Of a stretch of 56,096 nucleotides of DNA, positions 21,001 to 36,000 are shown in pieces. Every line of letters starts with the position of its first letter. Positions within the stretch are counted from its first letter, which is position 1. Location: positions 1-56,096 of the forward strand of contig JAAILG010002270.1 of the NCBI GenBank assembly GCA_012026655.1, read 5' to 3'. This DNA is from Hydrolagus affinis. Taxonomy: Eukaryota. A program made the translations under genes and the position numbers. The notes beneath the pieces were generated by a model, which worked only from the letters and a program-made list of their open reading frames with translations, was not told the DNA's origin and searched no databases.

Positions 21001-24000
21001 TACTTTACCTATTGGGTCCATGGCAATTGCAGGCTTGGATGGCCGGCTTGGTTTGCTTTCACCTCTTGCGTTGATAGCAGTCACTCGGTGTTCGTACTCC
21101 AGTCCTTCAATGAGTCCAGTGGAACGGTATCTTGTCATGGTCACAGCTACTTTGTTGACTCGGATCCACCGTTCAGCTCTCAGCTCTTTGCGTTCAATGA
21201 TGTACCCAGAAACCTTGGAGCCACCATCTTCAACTGGCACGTCCCAAGTAATGGTCATTCCATCACGAGAAACATCGAATACCTGCGGGGTATCGGGCGG
21301 TTCGGAAATGTCTGTTGAAAAAGAGAAGATCAATAATGTTTCTTTCCTGGTCGTTTAGTCGCTTTACATGGCAGGGATAGGATTCATAACAGAATACCGA
21401 TTAAAAAAGTTAAACTGCTGATTTTATTTGAAATCATATTTTTAGGATTTATTTTAGTAAGTTATGAGTTGATACGATAGGAATAAGCCTATATTGATAA
21501 AATATGGGTTTATTGTCAGTGTGACTCATGGTACATGAGCTGAAGGTGTAAAGGACAGGTTAGCCTGTTTTTGGTGAAGAGAAGGATATAGGAGAGAGCA
21601 AGGAGTGGTAGAGACTCATGAGGAGTATAAACACTTGACAAGGACTGATTGGGACAAATGGCCTGTTTCCTCAGTTCTGAGAGAAAGATAGCAGTTTCTG
21701 TAGCACTACTAACAACTTGAGGATCAACACAATGAAGAAATCATGTGACTCATTGTACGTATCGTAATGTCTCAAATTTACAGATAAACTACAGGTAACG
21801 TCTCTAATTTACAGCAATAAACTTACTGATGGCACTCTTGCACTGCACAATGTCAGATTGTAAGAATGATCCGATGCCAAAGCGGTTTGTAGCTGCAACA
21901 CGGAAGACATATTCAGTGCCTTCAATTAATCTAATGAATTTGAACAAGGTCCTGGTAACAGATTCCGACACTGGCAGCCATCCTGGACGATGTGCATCGC
22001 GTTGTTCAACCACGTAGCCAGTGATGGTCGCTCCACCTTCTTTCTCTGGTGGGTCCCAGCTGATAGTCATTGTGGTGGCATCAATCTCATCAAATCGAAT
22101 TGGACCCGCTGGACACCCTGGTTTATCTGCAGAATGCATTAATATACGTTTGTTAAGAACGGAAGCATTATTAAGCGACTAAAAGACCATCTAGTTTGCC
22201 TTGCAACTTCCTGGCGGTCGCATGCACACATATGTCCCGAACCACCCGTGTACTATATCGCATAATGTTATTTCCTAAAAGAACACGGTCTCATTTGCGT
22301 TTGAAGGAATTAACTTTTCCCGCTTCAACCGCCTACCTAGGGAGCCTGTTCCACAGGTTTACGATTCGGAAAAAATGCAGTATTGAACATTGAAAACCGA
22401 AGCTGTATTTTATTTCAGTGAAGTGCTGGAGAGAAATACTTACCAAGAATGATCACTTTGATCGATTCAGAAGCGGTTCCAGCAACGTTTTTCAGCTCGA
22501 GCAAGTAGTCACCAGAGTCGTCGATAGTGGTTTCACGCACGGTGAGCTTCACTACTTTAGCTGCTTTTTCCATCTTGATCCGATCGCCCTCTCTCATTTT
22601 GTTTCCAGCAAAGTACCAGGAAGCCACGGGGGCTGGACGTCCACCGATCGGAATAACCAGTTCAATGGGCTTGCCAGCAGGCACTGACATGGACTTTTGA
22701 CTTAGGCCTGTTAAATCTATTGTTGGCACCACTGTTAAAGAAAATAAATAAGAGTTGACATGAGTTAGGGGCTGAACCTGATCCATTCTTCCTTGTACCG
22801 AATAGCTTTGTCAGCTACCATCTAAACAACAAATACATTCTGAAGATATACATACCTCTCTGTTCCTTTACAGTGACAGCAGTCACAATCTCTCTGGCTT
22901 CACTCACTCCCTTGGCATTTAGGCAGCAGACTCGGAAGAGATATTGCTCGTTCTCATTTAGGGCAATGATGGTGTGCTCGAAAACCGTTTGTTTAACAGT
23001 TGCAACCTTCATCCACCTTTCTGTACCGGCCTTGCATGCTTCAATGACATAACCAGTCAATCTAGTGCCTCCATCATGTAGTGGCTTCTCCCAGGCGAGT
23101 GTAACTGAGGACTTGCTGACATCAACCACGTCTAGTTTCTGTGGAATCATAGGAACTTCAGACACAAGCACAGCATCTGTTGTTTCACATGGTTCACCAA
23201 TTCCGTAGATATTCTCTGGCAAGACTCTGAAATAGTACAGGCTTCCTTCGTGGAGCCCGGTGATTCTGCAAATTGTCTTGCTACACTTAATTGTCACCGT
23301 CTTGAACGCTCTCATAGCTGCCTCACGTTTCTCAATGATGTAGTTGTTGATAGGTGCTCCACCGTCAATTAATGGCACTTCCCAAGTTATAATGACCGAT
23401 TCCTTCGTGACTTCCTTAACCCTAACCGCACCAGGTGGGCCAGGCGTATCTGAAAACAAAACAATGTATTTCATATGTTAAATGTTTTGAAATGTTCAAC
23501 AGAAATTGACAACACAACATGTGGTTGTGTGGGATGACTTATAAAAGCACTTGGATTGTTATGGTATGGAGCAAAAAGCAGGGACAATATGTTTTGTTTT
23601 TAAGAGGATTTTGAAGACACAGAGAGAGCAGATGAAGCAAAAAGATTTTGTATATTATTAATAATAAACCTTGCACTGGATATAGCATCTTATTATGGTC
23701 TTCAAGAGGTATCAAAGAGTTTTAACAGAATATACGGTGAAGTGAGTTGACTGTATATTTTATTATTAGTTTCAAAAGGCAGGGCATAGTGTAGTGGCTA
23801 AGGTCTCCGCCACCAATGGTGGGAGGGAGGAATCAACTAGAATCGAAAAAGCTAAATTAAAACACATACCGTATACTTTGACAACGATAGTTGCTGCTTT
23901 CTTGCCAGATGGGTTTTCAGCCTCAATGGTGTATTTTCCTGCGTCGTAACGATTCACTTTCTCGATTATTAGCAGTGAGTAAGAGTCGGTTGTATCAATA

Positions 24001-27000
24001 AAACCACGGCTCACGAGGTCAACGCCAGTCTTGCTCCAGTTTATTACTGGAGCTGGTCTTCCCAATACAGAGACCATTAAGCGGAGAGAGCCACCGGCTC
24101 TAACAGTGACAGTTTTCTTCAGATCATCATCGAGCTCAAGGTCTGGAATTTCTGGAATGAATGGAATGCCATTAGCATGACCAAGACAGAAAATAGTAAT
24201 AGTTACTCTTAAAAAAAATTGTTTTATTAGATGTTGTCCAAAAGTAACAGCATACAAGTGTTTTAAGGATATCTGGTGTGATTTTAACATTTCTTCCAAG
24301 TAAATTCACACACAGTACAATTTTGATTATAATAATAAGTATGCATGTTGAGATATTTTTACTGCGATTCACAAAGGGATCTATAGTTAGTTATTCCAAG
24401 ATATGTCACAACTCACTCTATTGCTTGGACATTTGAAATTGGTGTTTGAATAGATTTTCAGAGACATAATTGCAATTCACTATTTACACACATGTATCCT
24501 GGTGATGTCCAGACAGAAAGGAGTAAAGCATTGAATACCCATGTGATTCCGTTTTCAAATCCATGCCACTTACCTATCCTTTCTACTGATTCGATTTCAG
24601 CAGATGATTCACTGAAATCACTTATTCCGTTGATATTGACAGAAGCGACCCTGAAACAGTACTTCTTGCCAGTTACCAGAGCTGTAACTGTGTACTCAGT
24701 GTTCCTCAAGGAAGAAGTCGTGTGTGCTCTGTACCACTGCTCTGTACCTTCCTCTTTCATTTCAAGAATATAGCCGATGATATCAGAACCACCATCATAC
24801 ATGGGTCTTGTCCATGCTAGGCTAATGCTGTGCCGGGTTGTGTCCACAACTCTTGGTGCTGAAGGTGATCCAGGTGTGTCTGTTCATGAATAGAAATAGA
24901 TTAGGTTCAGGAGCACACTAAAGATAGTGATCAAAAAAAAGTTTCAGTCGTGAAAATCCTGAAACATTTGTGTGTTGCAAAAGCACAACTTACATGTAGG
25001 GTCTTTGCAAAGGATGCCCTGCGACGATTCACTTGGTTCACTGTTGCCAGCTGCGTTCACCGCTGTAACACGGAATTGGTACTCGCAATTCTCCATTAAA
25101 CCTGTCACTTTGAGTCTGGTGTCATAAATTGTGTATTCTTTGTTGACCCGTGTCCAACGCACACTTCGTTTTTCACGTTTATCGACCAGGTAGTTTGTAA
25201 TTTCAGCTCCGCCGTCAGTTTCGCACTTCATCCATTGGATGATGATATGTTCTTTACCAACTGCAACAAGCAGCGGTTCCCCGGGTTGTGATGGAACAGC
25301 TGTTTAAACAATACAAGTGCATTAGCTTTCAGTAACACCTTTAATAATAACTATCGTCGAGACATTTTAAAGCGCTTCACTGTAAAATTGATTGACCTCG
25401 TGTTTTGCAAGCAATATGGGGCAGAGAGTTGCACACAGCAATGTCCCACCAACAGCCAGGGGATTATGGCAGGACACTGGGAGAAACTCGATTCTGTTTT
25501 CAGGATCACAGGATCTTTAATGTCCACTTGGACAGGCAGATGGGACTACGGTTTAATGTCTCATCCGAAGGATGACAATGCAGCCTAACCGAGGCAATTT
25601 TAGACTATGTGATTCCAAGTCCCAACGTAGGGCTTGAACCCACAACCTTCTGACTCAGAGGCGAGAGTGCTGCCACTGTGCCACTGTACCAGGCTGACAC
25701 ACGAATTAATAATGCAAGTTGATGCAATTTTGATAGGGTGATTAATAATATTTAAAGAAAAAAAAATCAATTGGGCACTTACTGAATAGGTTTCTGGCCA
25801 CTACAGGTGCAGACTCCAGCGGTACACCAGATCCATATTTGTTGACTGATCTTACTCTGAAAATGTATTCATTGTTCTTTATAAATCTCGTAGCTACGGT
25901 GGAAAGAGTGTGGCACTCGGGTTCAACAATTGTCCAGTTAAGTCTGCTGGTCTCCCGTCGCTCCACAATAAAGTGTGTAATCTCGGCTCCACCATCTTCT
26001 AGTGGCATATTCCATGCCAAAGTGCATTTTTCCTCAGTTACTCTGCTGATGCTGATAGAACCTTCGCACGGCCCTGGTGAATCTAAACAGATCATGAAGG
26101 ACAAAGTTCACATACCCATATAAGTTCTTCATAAATTTATACCTTGATTATTTGCTCAAAAAGCACAGATTGCCTTTTGTGATAGAAAACTTACCGAGCA
26201 CTTTAACATTTACAGATACGGTCTTAATTCCACTTGGATTTCTCACAGTTAGTGTGTATCTTCCAGTGTCATTTCTGTCGCAAAACTTAATGATGGCGAT
26301 GGCCCGCTTGTTAGTGTACTGTAGAGAAATCTTTTCGCAAAGCTCCAGTTCTTTGTCTCCCTTAGACCAGAAGACCTTAGGATCAGGTTTCCCACCAACA
26401 AAAGAATCAAGCACAAGATCTGAGCCAGCTCTTATGGTTACCACTTCTCCAAGCAGTCTGCTGTGTAGTTCAGCCTTTGGTGGTACTGGAAATATAAATA
26501 AACAACAAGTGCATAAGGGACTTTCGAAAGCGATTTTGTAGTGTTAATAAGAAATTCAAGTCTGCTTTTATATTCAATGGCTATTGACAATAAAATTATA
26601 GATGATTGAATTGTACATTATTTACACATACCATATTCATCTCTGCAAGTGACTGGTCCAGTAGATTCAGATGGTGTACTGATGACACCATTTGCATTCT
26701 TAGCTAAAGTACGGAATTCATAAACCTCTGATTCACTGAGTCCTGACACTGTGTAGAAGGTATCTATGATAGATGTGTAGTTACATTTCAGCCAGCGACC
26801 TACTCCAATCTCAGAATATGGCTTACGCTCCACAATATAGCCAATAATCTTGCTTCCACCATCATTTAATGGCACTGTCCATTTCAACGAAACAGAAGAA
26901 TTGTCAACATCTGTAACTTCAGGTCTACCTGGAGGATCTGTAAAAAAATTGTAAACAGAAGGAAATATTATTCTCACTTGAAATCTCCCATTAGCTGCAG

Positions 27001-30000
27001 ATTTAGAAAAGTGCAATTGCTTCACGTATACATTAGCTCTTATTTAAAGCGTGTACTTACCAACAGGATTTTGAGCTATTTGTGGTCTGGATGCTTCACT
27101 GGCTTTGCCTAAGCCAGCATTATTCATGGCATAGGTTCTGAACTGGTACTCCAGGCCTTCTACCAGGCTAGATATTTTGTAGTGACACTCAAGGCATAGT
27201 ATTTTGTTTTCTTTCACCCACAGAATACTGTTACGTTCCTTCTTTTCAATCCAATAGCCAGTGACTTTGCTACCACCATCATGGTACGGTTCTTCCCATC
27301 GAATGGATATGGCACTCGAAGATACAAAGTAGACTTCTGGCCTAGTTGGTGCACTTGGTGGAACTGCAGTTTGTACAAAAAAAGGGAATCATTCTTAATT
27401 TGTAATCCATTCTAAAGCATGCGCCTAAACATTTATTGCATATTTGAATTCAAAAGGCATTTTTTTTAATACAACTTACCATATGGATGCTCAGCAACCA
27501 CAGGAGCTGATTCTAATGGTTTGCTGACACCAAATCTGTTCTCTGCAGAGACACGGAAGTTGTACTCCATGTATTTCGTCAAATGGGAGACTTTAATTTG
27601 AGTGCGTTTCACGCTGGAGTTGACCAGCTGCCAGACTGTACTACCCGATTCACGTTTTTCTACAATATAGTTGGTGATTTCAGAGCCACCATCATCTTCA
27701 GTCTCTTTCCATGACAATACGCAGGAATCGGCAGAAACTGATGAGATTTCTATGGGGCCTATAACAGAACCCGGTCGGCCAATAACATTAACAGTCACGG
27801 CAAAGGTCTTGACTCCTGCTGTGTTTTCCAGTGTTAAGTAATATTTGCCAGAGTCGCCTCTCATACTTTCCTTCATGCTCAGAGTTGTCCTCTCTTTTGT
27901 TGTCTTGATGCTGACTCTATCGCTTTCTTTAAGTCTCATCTCCTCGAGTTTCCAAATTACCTTGGGTGTTGGGCGTCCACTGATAGGAACGTCGATGGTA
28001 AAGGAACTTCCGGTTTTGCAAGTGATTGTTTGATTGGTGATTCCGGTGAGATCTGCTTTAGGCTCTATCTGTGGTTCTTTAATAATAACAGATGTAAAGG
28101 CCTCTCTTGGTTCACTGTAACCGGCATCGTTCTTGGCCTGGACACGGAATTCATACTCTGTGTTTTCTACCAGTCCATCAATTGTAATATAAAGGAGTTT
28201 GGTTTTACCGGCTTCAACCCAGTGATCGGCGCCCTTTTGCTTCATCTGTATCAAGTAGCCAGTAATTCGACTTCCACCATCGTGCTCTGGTTTCATCCAG
28301 GCCAAGTCGGCCGAGGTCTTGCCGGTGTCAACGATATCCAGTCTCTTTGGTGGTGCCGGCTCCTCTGTGGCAATGATGGGCTCTGCCATTTCATAAGGCT
28401 CGCCAACGCCGTATTCATTCACTGCCATGACACGGAAGTAGTATTGCACCCCTTCGGCAAGGTCTCCTACCTTCAGGATCTGTCGAGAGCACTTGCCACT
28501 GATTTCTTGCCAGCTACGCCGGCTGGCTTCGTGCTTCTCTACAACGTAGTGGCGAATGCGTGAGCCTCCGTCAATAATGGGAGCATCCCACATCAACGTC
28601 ACTGATCCTCTTGTCACGTCTTTGAAGTTGATTGGACCCGGAGCTCCAGGCGTGTCTTGTACCTTGACAGTGAATGTAATAGATTTGCTGCCGCTATTGT
28701 TTTCCAAACTAAGTGTGTATTTTCCAGCATCGTACCTGTTGCAGTTCTCTATGGTTAAGATGCTGCATGTGTCAGTTGTGTTAATGTGAGCGTGCAGCCC
28801 GATGGATGAATCGGCCTTGGTCCAAGTAGCAACAGGAACTGGTCTGCCTTGGAAGGCAATGCTCAGTTGAACTGTGCCTCCAGCTTTGACAATGTGGATT
28901 TGCTTGAAACTAGCATCGATATCAATTTCAGGTGACGTTAACCTATCTACAGCTTGCACCGCGGACACAACTTCGCAGGTATCTCCTTTGCCTGCACCAT
29001 TGACAGCACAGACACGGAATTTGTACTCTTCCCCAGCTTCCAACTCAGTAACGGTGTACTTAGTGTTGACACACGCCTCTGCGTTCACCTTATTCCAAGT
29101 GCCAAGAGCGGTTTTGCTCATTTCAATGATGTACCCAATGATCCGCATACCCCCGTCAAACACGGGCACGGTCCATTCCAAGCTAACGGTTGTCTTTGTT
29201 GTGTCTGTGACTCTGACAACTGTAGGTGCGCCTGGTGGATTAACTGGTTCTTTGCATTTAACAAGTCTTGAGATATCGCTTGGGGTTCCACATCCAGCAT
29301 CATTTTCAGCTATGACACGGAACTCATATTCATTCCCTTCAGTCAGTCCGGTTGATCTAAACCTGGTTTCTGTGATCTCTCTCTTGCTGAACACTTTGAC
29401 CCACCGCATGCTCTTTTTCTCACGCCGTTCAAGGATGTATTGTTTGATTTCATTTCCTCCATCAAATCGTGGTCTGGACCAAGTCATTGTGATACTGTCT
29501 CCTGTTACATGGGTTGGTTCTGGAGTGCCTGGGGCATCAGGTGTAGCTGTGAAAATAGAAACGTTAATGAATTAGGCTCGACTGAAGCAGGCGAAAAAGT
29601 TTTAGGGGAGGGCGGAGAAATAATCAATGTCAAATTGAAAGAAAATAAAACTTACTGTATTGTATCTGTGCAATAACTGATTCAGAATCCAATGATCTTC
29701 CCACACCAAATTTGTTGACACTGGATATACGGAACTGGTACTCGTTGCCCTTGATTAGTTTAGTAACTGAGATTGAGCAGGCTTCACATTTATCAGAGAC
29801 CATTGCCCAAGCAATTCGGCTTGTCTCTCGTTTCTCGATCACATAGTGAGTAATTGCAGCACAGCCGTCGTTTTCTGGGGGCTCCCACCACAAGTTGAGC
29901 TTTTCTCCAGTAATATTGCTGAATCGGATAGGTCCAACTGGTTGACCTGGGGTGTCTGAAATCCAATCAAATTTGTGAATCATCCAGTTTAGTTTAGCAG

Positions 30001-33000
30001 CGTCTAAGATATCCTACATCCTTGCATTGTTACTGATCATCATCATCATCAACACATTTTGAAACACATCACAGGATTTTACTGGAGGATTAAGTGATCT
30101 TATTTGCAGGCGAACGTAATAATAATAATCCTTGCATTTCATTTAGCGCCTTATCACATCTTCTAGACGTCTCAAAGCGCTTCACAGAATATACTGTAAA
30201 GTGAATTGACTGTATATTTGTGGGCGAAACGTGGCAGCCAATTGCACACAGCAGTGTCCCACAAACAGTCGTGGATTGAAATGATTAATTTTATTATTGT
30301 GTAATTGACAGAATATATTGTAAAGTGTGCGCGTGAAATGTGACAGACAACTTGTACTGCACCATGTGCCACAAACAGCCATGAGGTGAATGATCAATGT
30401 AAGCAGGGCATTTTACTGGTACAATAGAAACTAACTCCGTTCTCTTTCTCAAATAGTGCCTTGGGATTTTTAACTAGACTTTGAGCTCAAAGTCCCGATG
30501 TGAGGCCCGAACCCGCAACTTTTTGACAGAGGTGAAAACTGAGCCAGGCTGACATGTTATCATACTTATGTGAAAGATTGATGAATAAAAGCAGATATGA
30601 AAGTCAAATTCCTCCAAATACCTTGAACTCTGACATTAATGTCAGCCTTCTTGCTGCCAGATGCATTCTTGGCTTCCACAGAGTATATACCACGATGATC
30701 CCGTGTGGCATCTCTGACGAAGACACTGCTAGATCCAATAACATTAGTGATGTCTACCATCAACCTCTTGTCAATTTCTTTCCCATCTTTGAACCAGGTA
30801 ACCTGGGGTAATGGACGGCCTTTGATATGCACCTTCAATCGAATTGCCTCACCCGATTTTACAGTCAGGCCTTCAAAGTGCTCAGCACCGAATTCAATCA
30901 TTGGCGGTACTGCAAAGAGGAAGTCGAATAAGTTACAATGATAAGGTATATGAACAAAACAATGCCAAGAAATGATTGTTTACAGAAATACTCTATGGCA
31001 GGCATGTCATATCATTTTTATTTTGTTTTGTTTTAGCACTTACTGCTTTCATCTCTAGTCATGATGTATCCAGATGACTGAGAAGGTGGGCTGATTGTTC
31101 CTACTGCGTTTCTCGCGATTATACGGAATTCATATCGGTCGCCAGGGCTAAGGCCTGAGACTGTATAGTGGCACTCGGAAACATCCACAAAATTGCACCG
31201 AAGCCAACGTCCACTTGCTTGTCGTTTTTCGACACTATAGCCCACAATTTTACTTCCGCCATCACGTAGTGGGGGATCCCACTTGAGTGTTACAGTATCC
31301 CTTGTGAGATCGATATAGTCAGGTGTACCAGGTGGATCTGTACAAAAGAATAGGCATTATTAATTTTGTAATGTTTTGGTAAAATTAGAATTAAATATGA
31401 GGATTTTATTCCACTCTTATAATTTGCAATAATCGATTACTTACCAACTGGTGAGACAGCCAGATGTATTTTACTCAATTCACTGACTGGACTTAACCCA
31501 ACACTATTTTCAGCATAAACACGGAACTGATAATCCAGACCCTCGATGAGTCCTGTAATTCTATAATCTCGGCCAGAAATGTACGCTGTATTGACCTTCT
31601 GCCACAAGATGCTGTTCCTTTCTTTCTTCTCAACATGATACCCAATAACTTCAGAACCACCGTCGTACACTGGTGCATCCCATGTGATTGTCATACCATC
31701 GCAGGTAATGTTGTACACAACAGGTTTGCCAGGAGGACCTGGAGGTCTGAACTGGTGTTTTGCGATAATATCCATTGAATTAAGGGGTGGACTTATTCCA
31801 TATCTGTTTTCAGCTCGGATTCTGAACTGGTACTCTAAGTCTTTGACTAGGTTTGGAACCTTAAAGGTTGTTCTGATGACACTGGAGCAAACCATTTTCC
31901 AGGTGGTTTGCGAGGTTTCACGCTTCTCAATGCTGTAGCAAGTGATCTCACTTCCTCCATCATCATCAGGGACATCCCAGGAAATGATGACGCTGTCTGC
32001 TTTCACTTCATCAAATTTCACCGGTCCCTTCGGCTTGGATGGAGGACCCAGAGTAATAACAGTGATGGTGAATGTCTTTCTGGAAACATTATTGTCCAAG
32101 ATGATGGTGTATTTCCCACCATGCTCTTTCTTGACGTTCTTGATATTTAGAGTAGCTTTGGCTTCTGTTTTCTTGTAGCGAATAAACTCGCTTTCTTTGA
32201 GCGGAATATTATCTTTCAGCCAGTGGATACTCGGACGTGGTTTACCCTTATAGGGCAGTTCAATGTGGACATTGTGTCCAATTCTGACACTAATCTGTCC
32301 TCCTGGAATATCAGATAAATCTGCTTCAGGTGTGATAACATAATCTTTCACTGTAATGGGTCCAATTGAAACACTGTCACTTAATCCTTTTTCGTTTTTA
32401 GCGAATACTCGGAAATCCATGATTGTTAGCTCCTTTAATTTAGTGACTTCAAATTCGCAAACTTTGCAAATTCCTGCACTGGACCATTCTTTCTCGTCTT
32501 TCAGTTTCTTTTCGATGACATACTCTGAAATGATACTTCCTCCGTCATAATCAGGTTTGTTCCATTGCAATATGACAGATGTCTTTGTGGAATCCTTCAT
32601 CGCGATGTCTTTGACGGGTCCAGGCACTTCAGTGGCTTTCACTGGTTCCGTTGTCTCACACGGGACACCCAAACCGTTCTCGTTCTCCGCCAGCACTCGG
32701 AAGAAGAAAGAAGTCTTCTCTGACAGCTTGGTAATCTTGAACATGGTTGCACAGCATTTGATAGTGACACAAGACCAGGCTCTCTTTGTTGCATCTCTTT
32801 TCTCGATGACATAATTACTAACTTGAGAACCACCGTTAACAAGAGGAGGGTCCCAGATTAATGTGATGGTACTTCGGGTCACATGCTTGATCTGTATGTT
32901 CTGACAAGCCCCAGGAGTGTCAAGGACCTTTACAGTCACAAAAGTTGATTTGGCTTCACCAACACCATTTTCAATTGTCAAAACATATTTGCCTGAATCT

Positions 33001-36000
33001 TCACGATGGACCTGAGGAATAGTCAGGAACGTGGTTGACTCAGTGTTGTGGATGATGTATTTCTCATCACCGTTGATCAGTTTCTCACCCTTCCTCCATG
33101 TGACATTTGGGGTAGGACGTCCTTTGAAGGGTATCATGATCTCCACATCTTCGCCCGCTTTTGCGGTTATTGAACTTCTCAGCACAACGTCAAGATCGAT
33201 TTCTGGCCCTTCTGCAATAGTTAAAAGGAAACAAATGCATATATTTCAGGAAAGGAAATCCATTTTAACGCCTTGTGTCTTTATAACACCTTGTCCCTTC
33301 GCCTTGCTCCCTCCCTCCTTCAAGGCTGGCCTCAAAATCCCCCTCTTCGACCTTGCCTTCTGCTGCCCTCCCAACTCTCTCCTGCCCTTGCTCGGGTCCC
33401 ATCCCATGTCAGCGCCTTGGAACGTCCTCCCAACATGAAAGGTGCTCTATAAATGTAATTTTGTTGTTGTTGTTGTGTAAAATCAAAGCATTTTTATAAA
33501 CTGTTGACTTACCAAGTATGTCCTTAGCTTGTACAGGTTCTGTCATTTCAATTGGCTCTCCGTGGCCAGCAATGTTGACGGCACTGACCCGGAAGTAATA
33601 GTTTTTACTAGGTTCCAAGTGAGCCACAACATATTCTGAAGTTCTGACTTCACCCTTTGAGCTGACCACTATCCATTCCTCTTCTTCAGCTTCCTTCTTT
33701 TCAATGATATAGCTCGTTATTGCACTTCCTCCATCGTACACTGGTTTAGTCCAGTTCAGAGTGATGGACGACTTAGTAGTGTCGACAATCTTCAGTTTGG
33801 TGGGTTCACCAGGTGGATCTGAGGAGTACAAACATATGCACATTTAGCTACCTTTTAAAATACGCAACATCACTTACATTTAAATACAGGCTCGTCTTTA
33901 AACTTGAAATAAACTTTGGATTATCTTTACATACCAATTGGATCGGCAGCTTTGTAGAAATCGGAGACGTCAGAAGGTGGGCCAACTCCAGCTGTATTAA
34001 TGGCACTCACACGGAATTGATACTCGTTTCCTTCTGTGAGGCCAGATACCTTTTGCCTGGTGTCACGGATGGGTTCCTTGAGCACCTTGAACCAGCGGAG
34101 ACTCTTTTTCTCTCGTTTCTCCAAGAAATAACCACTTATTTCATTGCCTCCGTCAATGGTAGGTCTCTTCCAGGTGACAGTCATTGTCTGTTTAGTTATC
34201 ATTGAGGCTTCAGGCATGCTGGCTTGTCCAGGTGTAACTATTTAAATGAGAATCTCAGCGTTACTTTTGGCGGATAAACAACTACAGAGATAGCAACTAC
34301 ACAGATGCAACTACATGTATGCAATAACGACACGTGTATCTTATCGTCTTACCAAATGCATTCTTAGCAATAACAGCTTCAGTTTCCAGTGGTTCACCAA
34401 TTCCATATTTGTTCACACCCCTGACACGGAATATATATTCGTTGCCTTTGATGAGTTTCTGCATTGAAATCATACAGGTTTCCAACTTGTCTGATATGAG
34501 TGACCAAACGACACGGCTTGTCTCACGTTTTTCAACGATATAGTGGCTGATAGGAGCTCCACCATCATCCTCTGGAGGATTCCACATGATAGTGATTTTC
34601 TCGGCTGTGACAGTCTTGAATTCTATTGGACCTCCGGGAGGACCAGGCTTGTCTATGAGAGGAAAACAAATTGTTTACCAATGATCAACAGTTAGAAAAT
34701 GTGCGTATTTCTTCTTTAACCCTGAACATGCAATACAGTAACATTTGTATAGCGCCTTTCACATCAGGAGGCTGACCCAAGGCGAATTATGAATACATAC
34801 CTAATATTAGCACTCTAATTGTTGCTGTTGCTGATCCCATGGGATTTTTAAGTTTAATTTCATAGTTTCCACTGTTGATACGAGTGGCATCCTTAATTAA
34901 TACTGCTGCTGATTCAGTTGTGTTTTCAATAGAGACTTGAGCACTAGTCTCAAGTTCTTTTTCATTCTTGTACCATTCAATAGATGGGAAAGGCTTGCCA
35001 GAGATACCAACTTTAAGCTTCACAGCAGAATCAGCCTTGTATTTGACAATATCCAAATATTCCATCGGCAGATCAACCTGAGGAGCACCTATAAAACAAA
35101 ATCACCGGGAGTTACGTGGCTGTCAGAATTAACTACCTAGAGATAACTCTTTAGAATTCCATTATAGAAAAATAATTACCATAGGTGTCATGGCATGTTA
35201 CAGGTCCAAGAACGTCAGATGGGTTGCTTACAGAACCATTTGCGTTCTTAGCAAATACCCGGAATTCATATTTTGCATCTACAGTCAGACCCGAGACAGT
35301 GAATAGAGTCTCAATAACGTTAGTAAAGCTGCCTTTTGTCCATCGTCCACTTGGCAGATCGCGCTTTTCAACAATGTAGCCGGTGATCTTGCTACCACCG
35401 TCATAAGCAGGTTTTTTCCAGCTGAGGCTTACGGCGTTCTTTGTAATATCTGTTGCACGTACATTTGTTGGGGGTTCTGAAAACGAAAAGTACGTTGAGA
35501 TTTGATTTATATGTTCACATCTCAAAACATTAATGTTTTGTAACCACTGAGCTGATCAGGTGAGAAAACATGAAGGGTTATTTGAACACCTACCACAAGC
35601 ATCAATTGCAAGAACTGGATCGGAAAGATGGCTAACTTTGCCAATGCCTGCGGCGTTTTGTGCGTACACCCGGAATTCGTAGATAAGTCCACCAGTGATA
35701 TGAGTGATCTTCATGTGTGTCGTACGGATAATAGTCTTGTTAGCCTTCTGCCAGAGAATGCTGTTTCTGTCTTTCATTTCCAAATGATAGCCAATCACTT
35801 GGTTGCCACCATCGGAGACTGGCTCGTGCCAGCCCACTGATATGCTCTCTCTGGTGACGTGAGTTACCCATGGAGTCGATGGAGGTCCAGGTGTAGCTAG
35901 AAAATATAGGTTAAGACATAATTAGCAATCAATCAAGTGAGTAACACCCATGCCCTTTTGTGCTTTGTGAAGGAACAAGCAACTTACTGTAAGGCAGTTT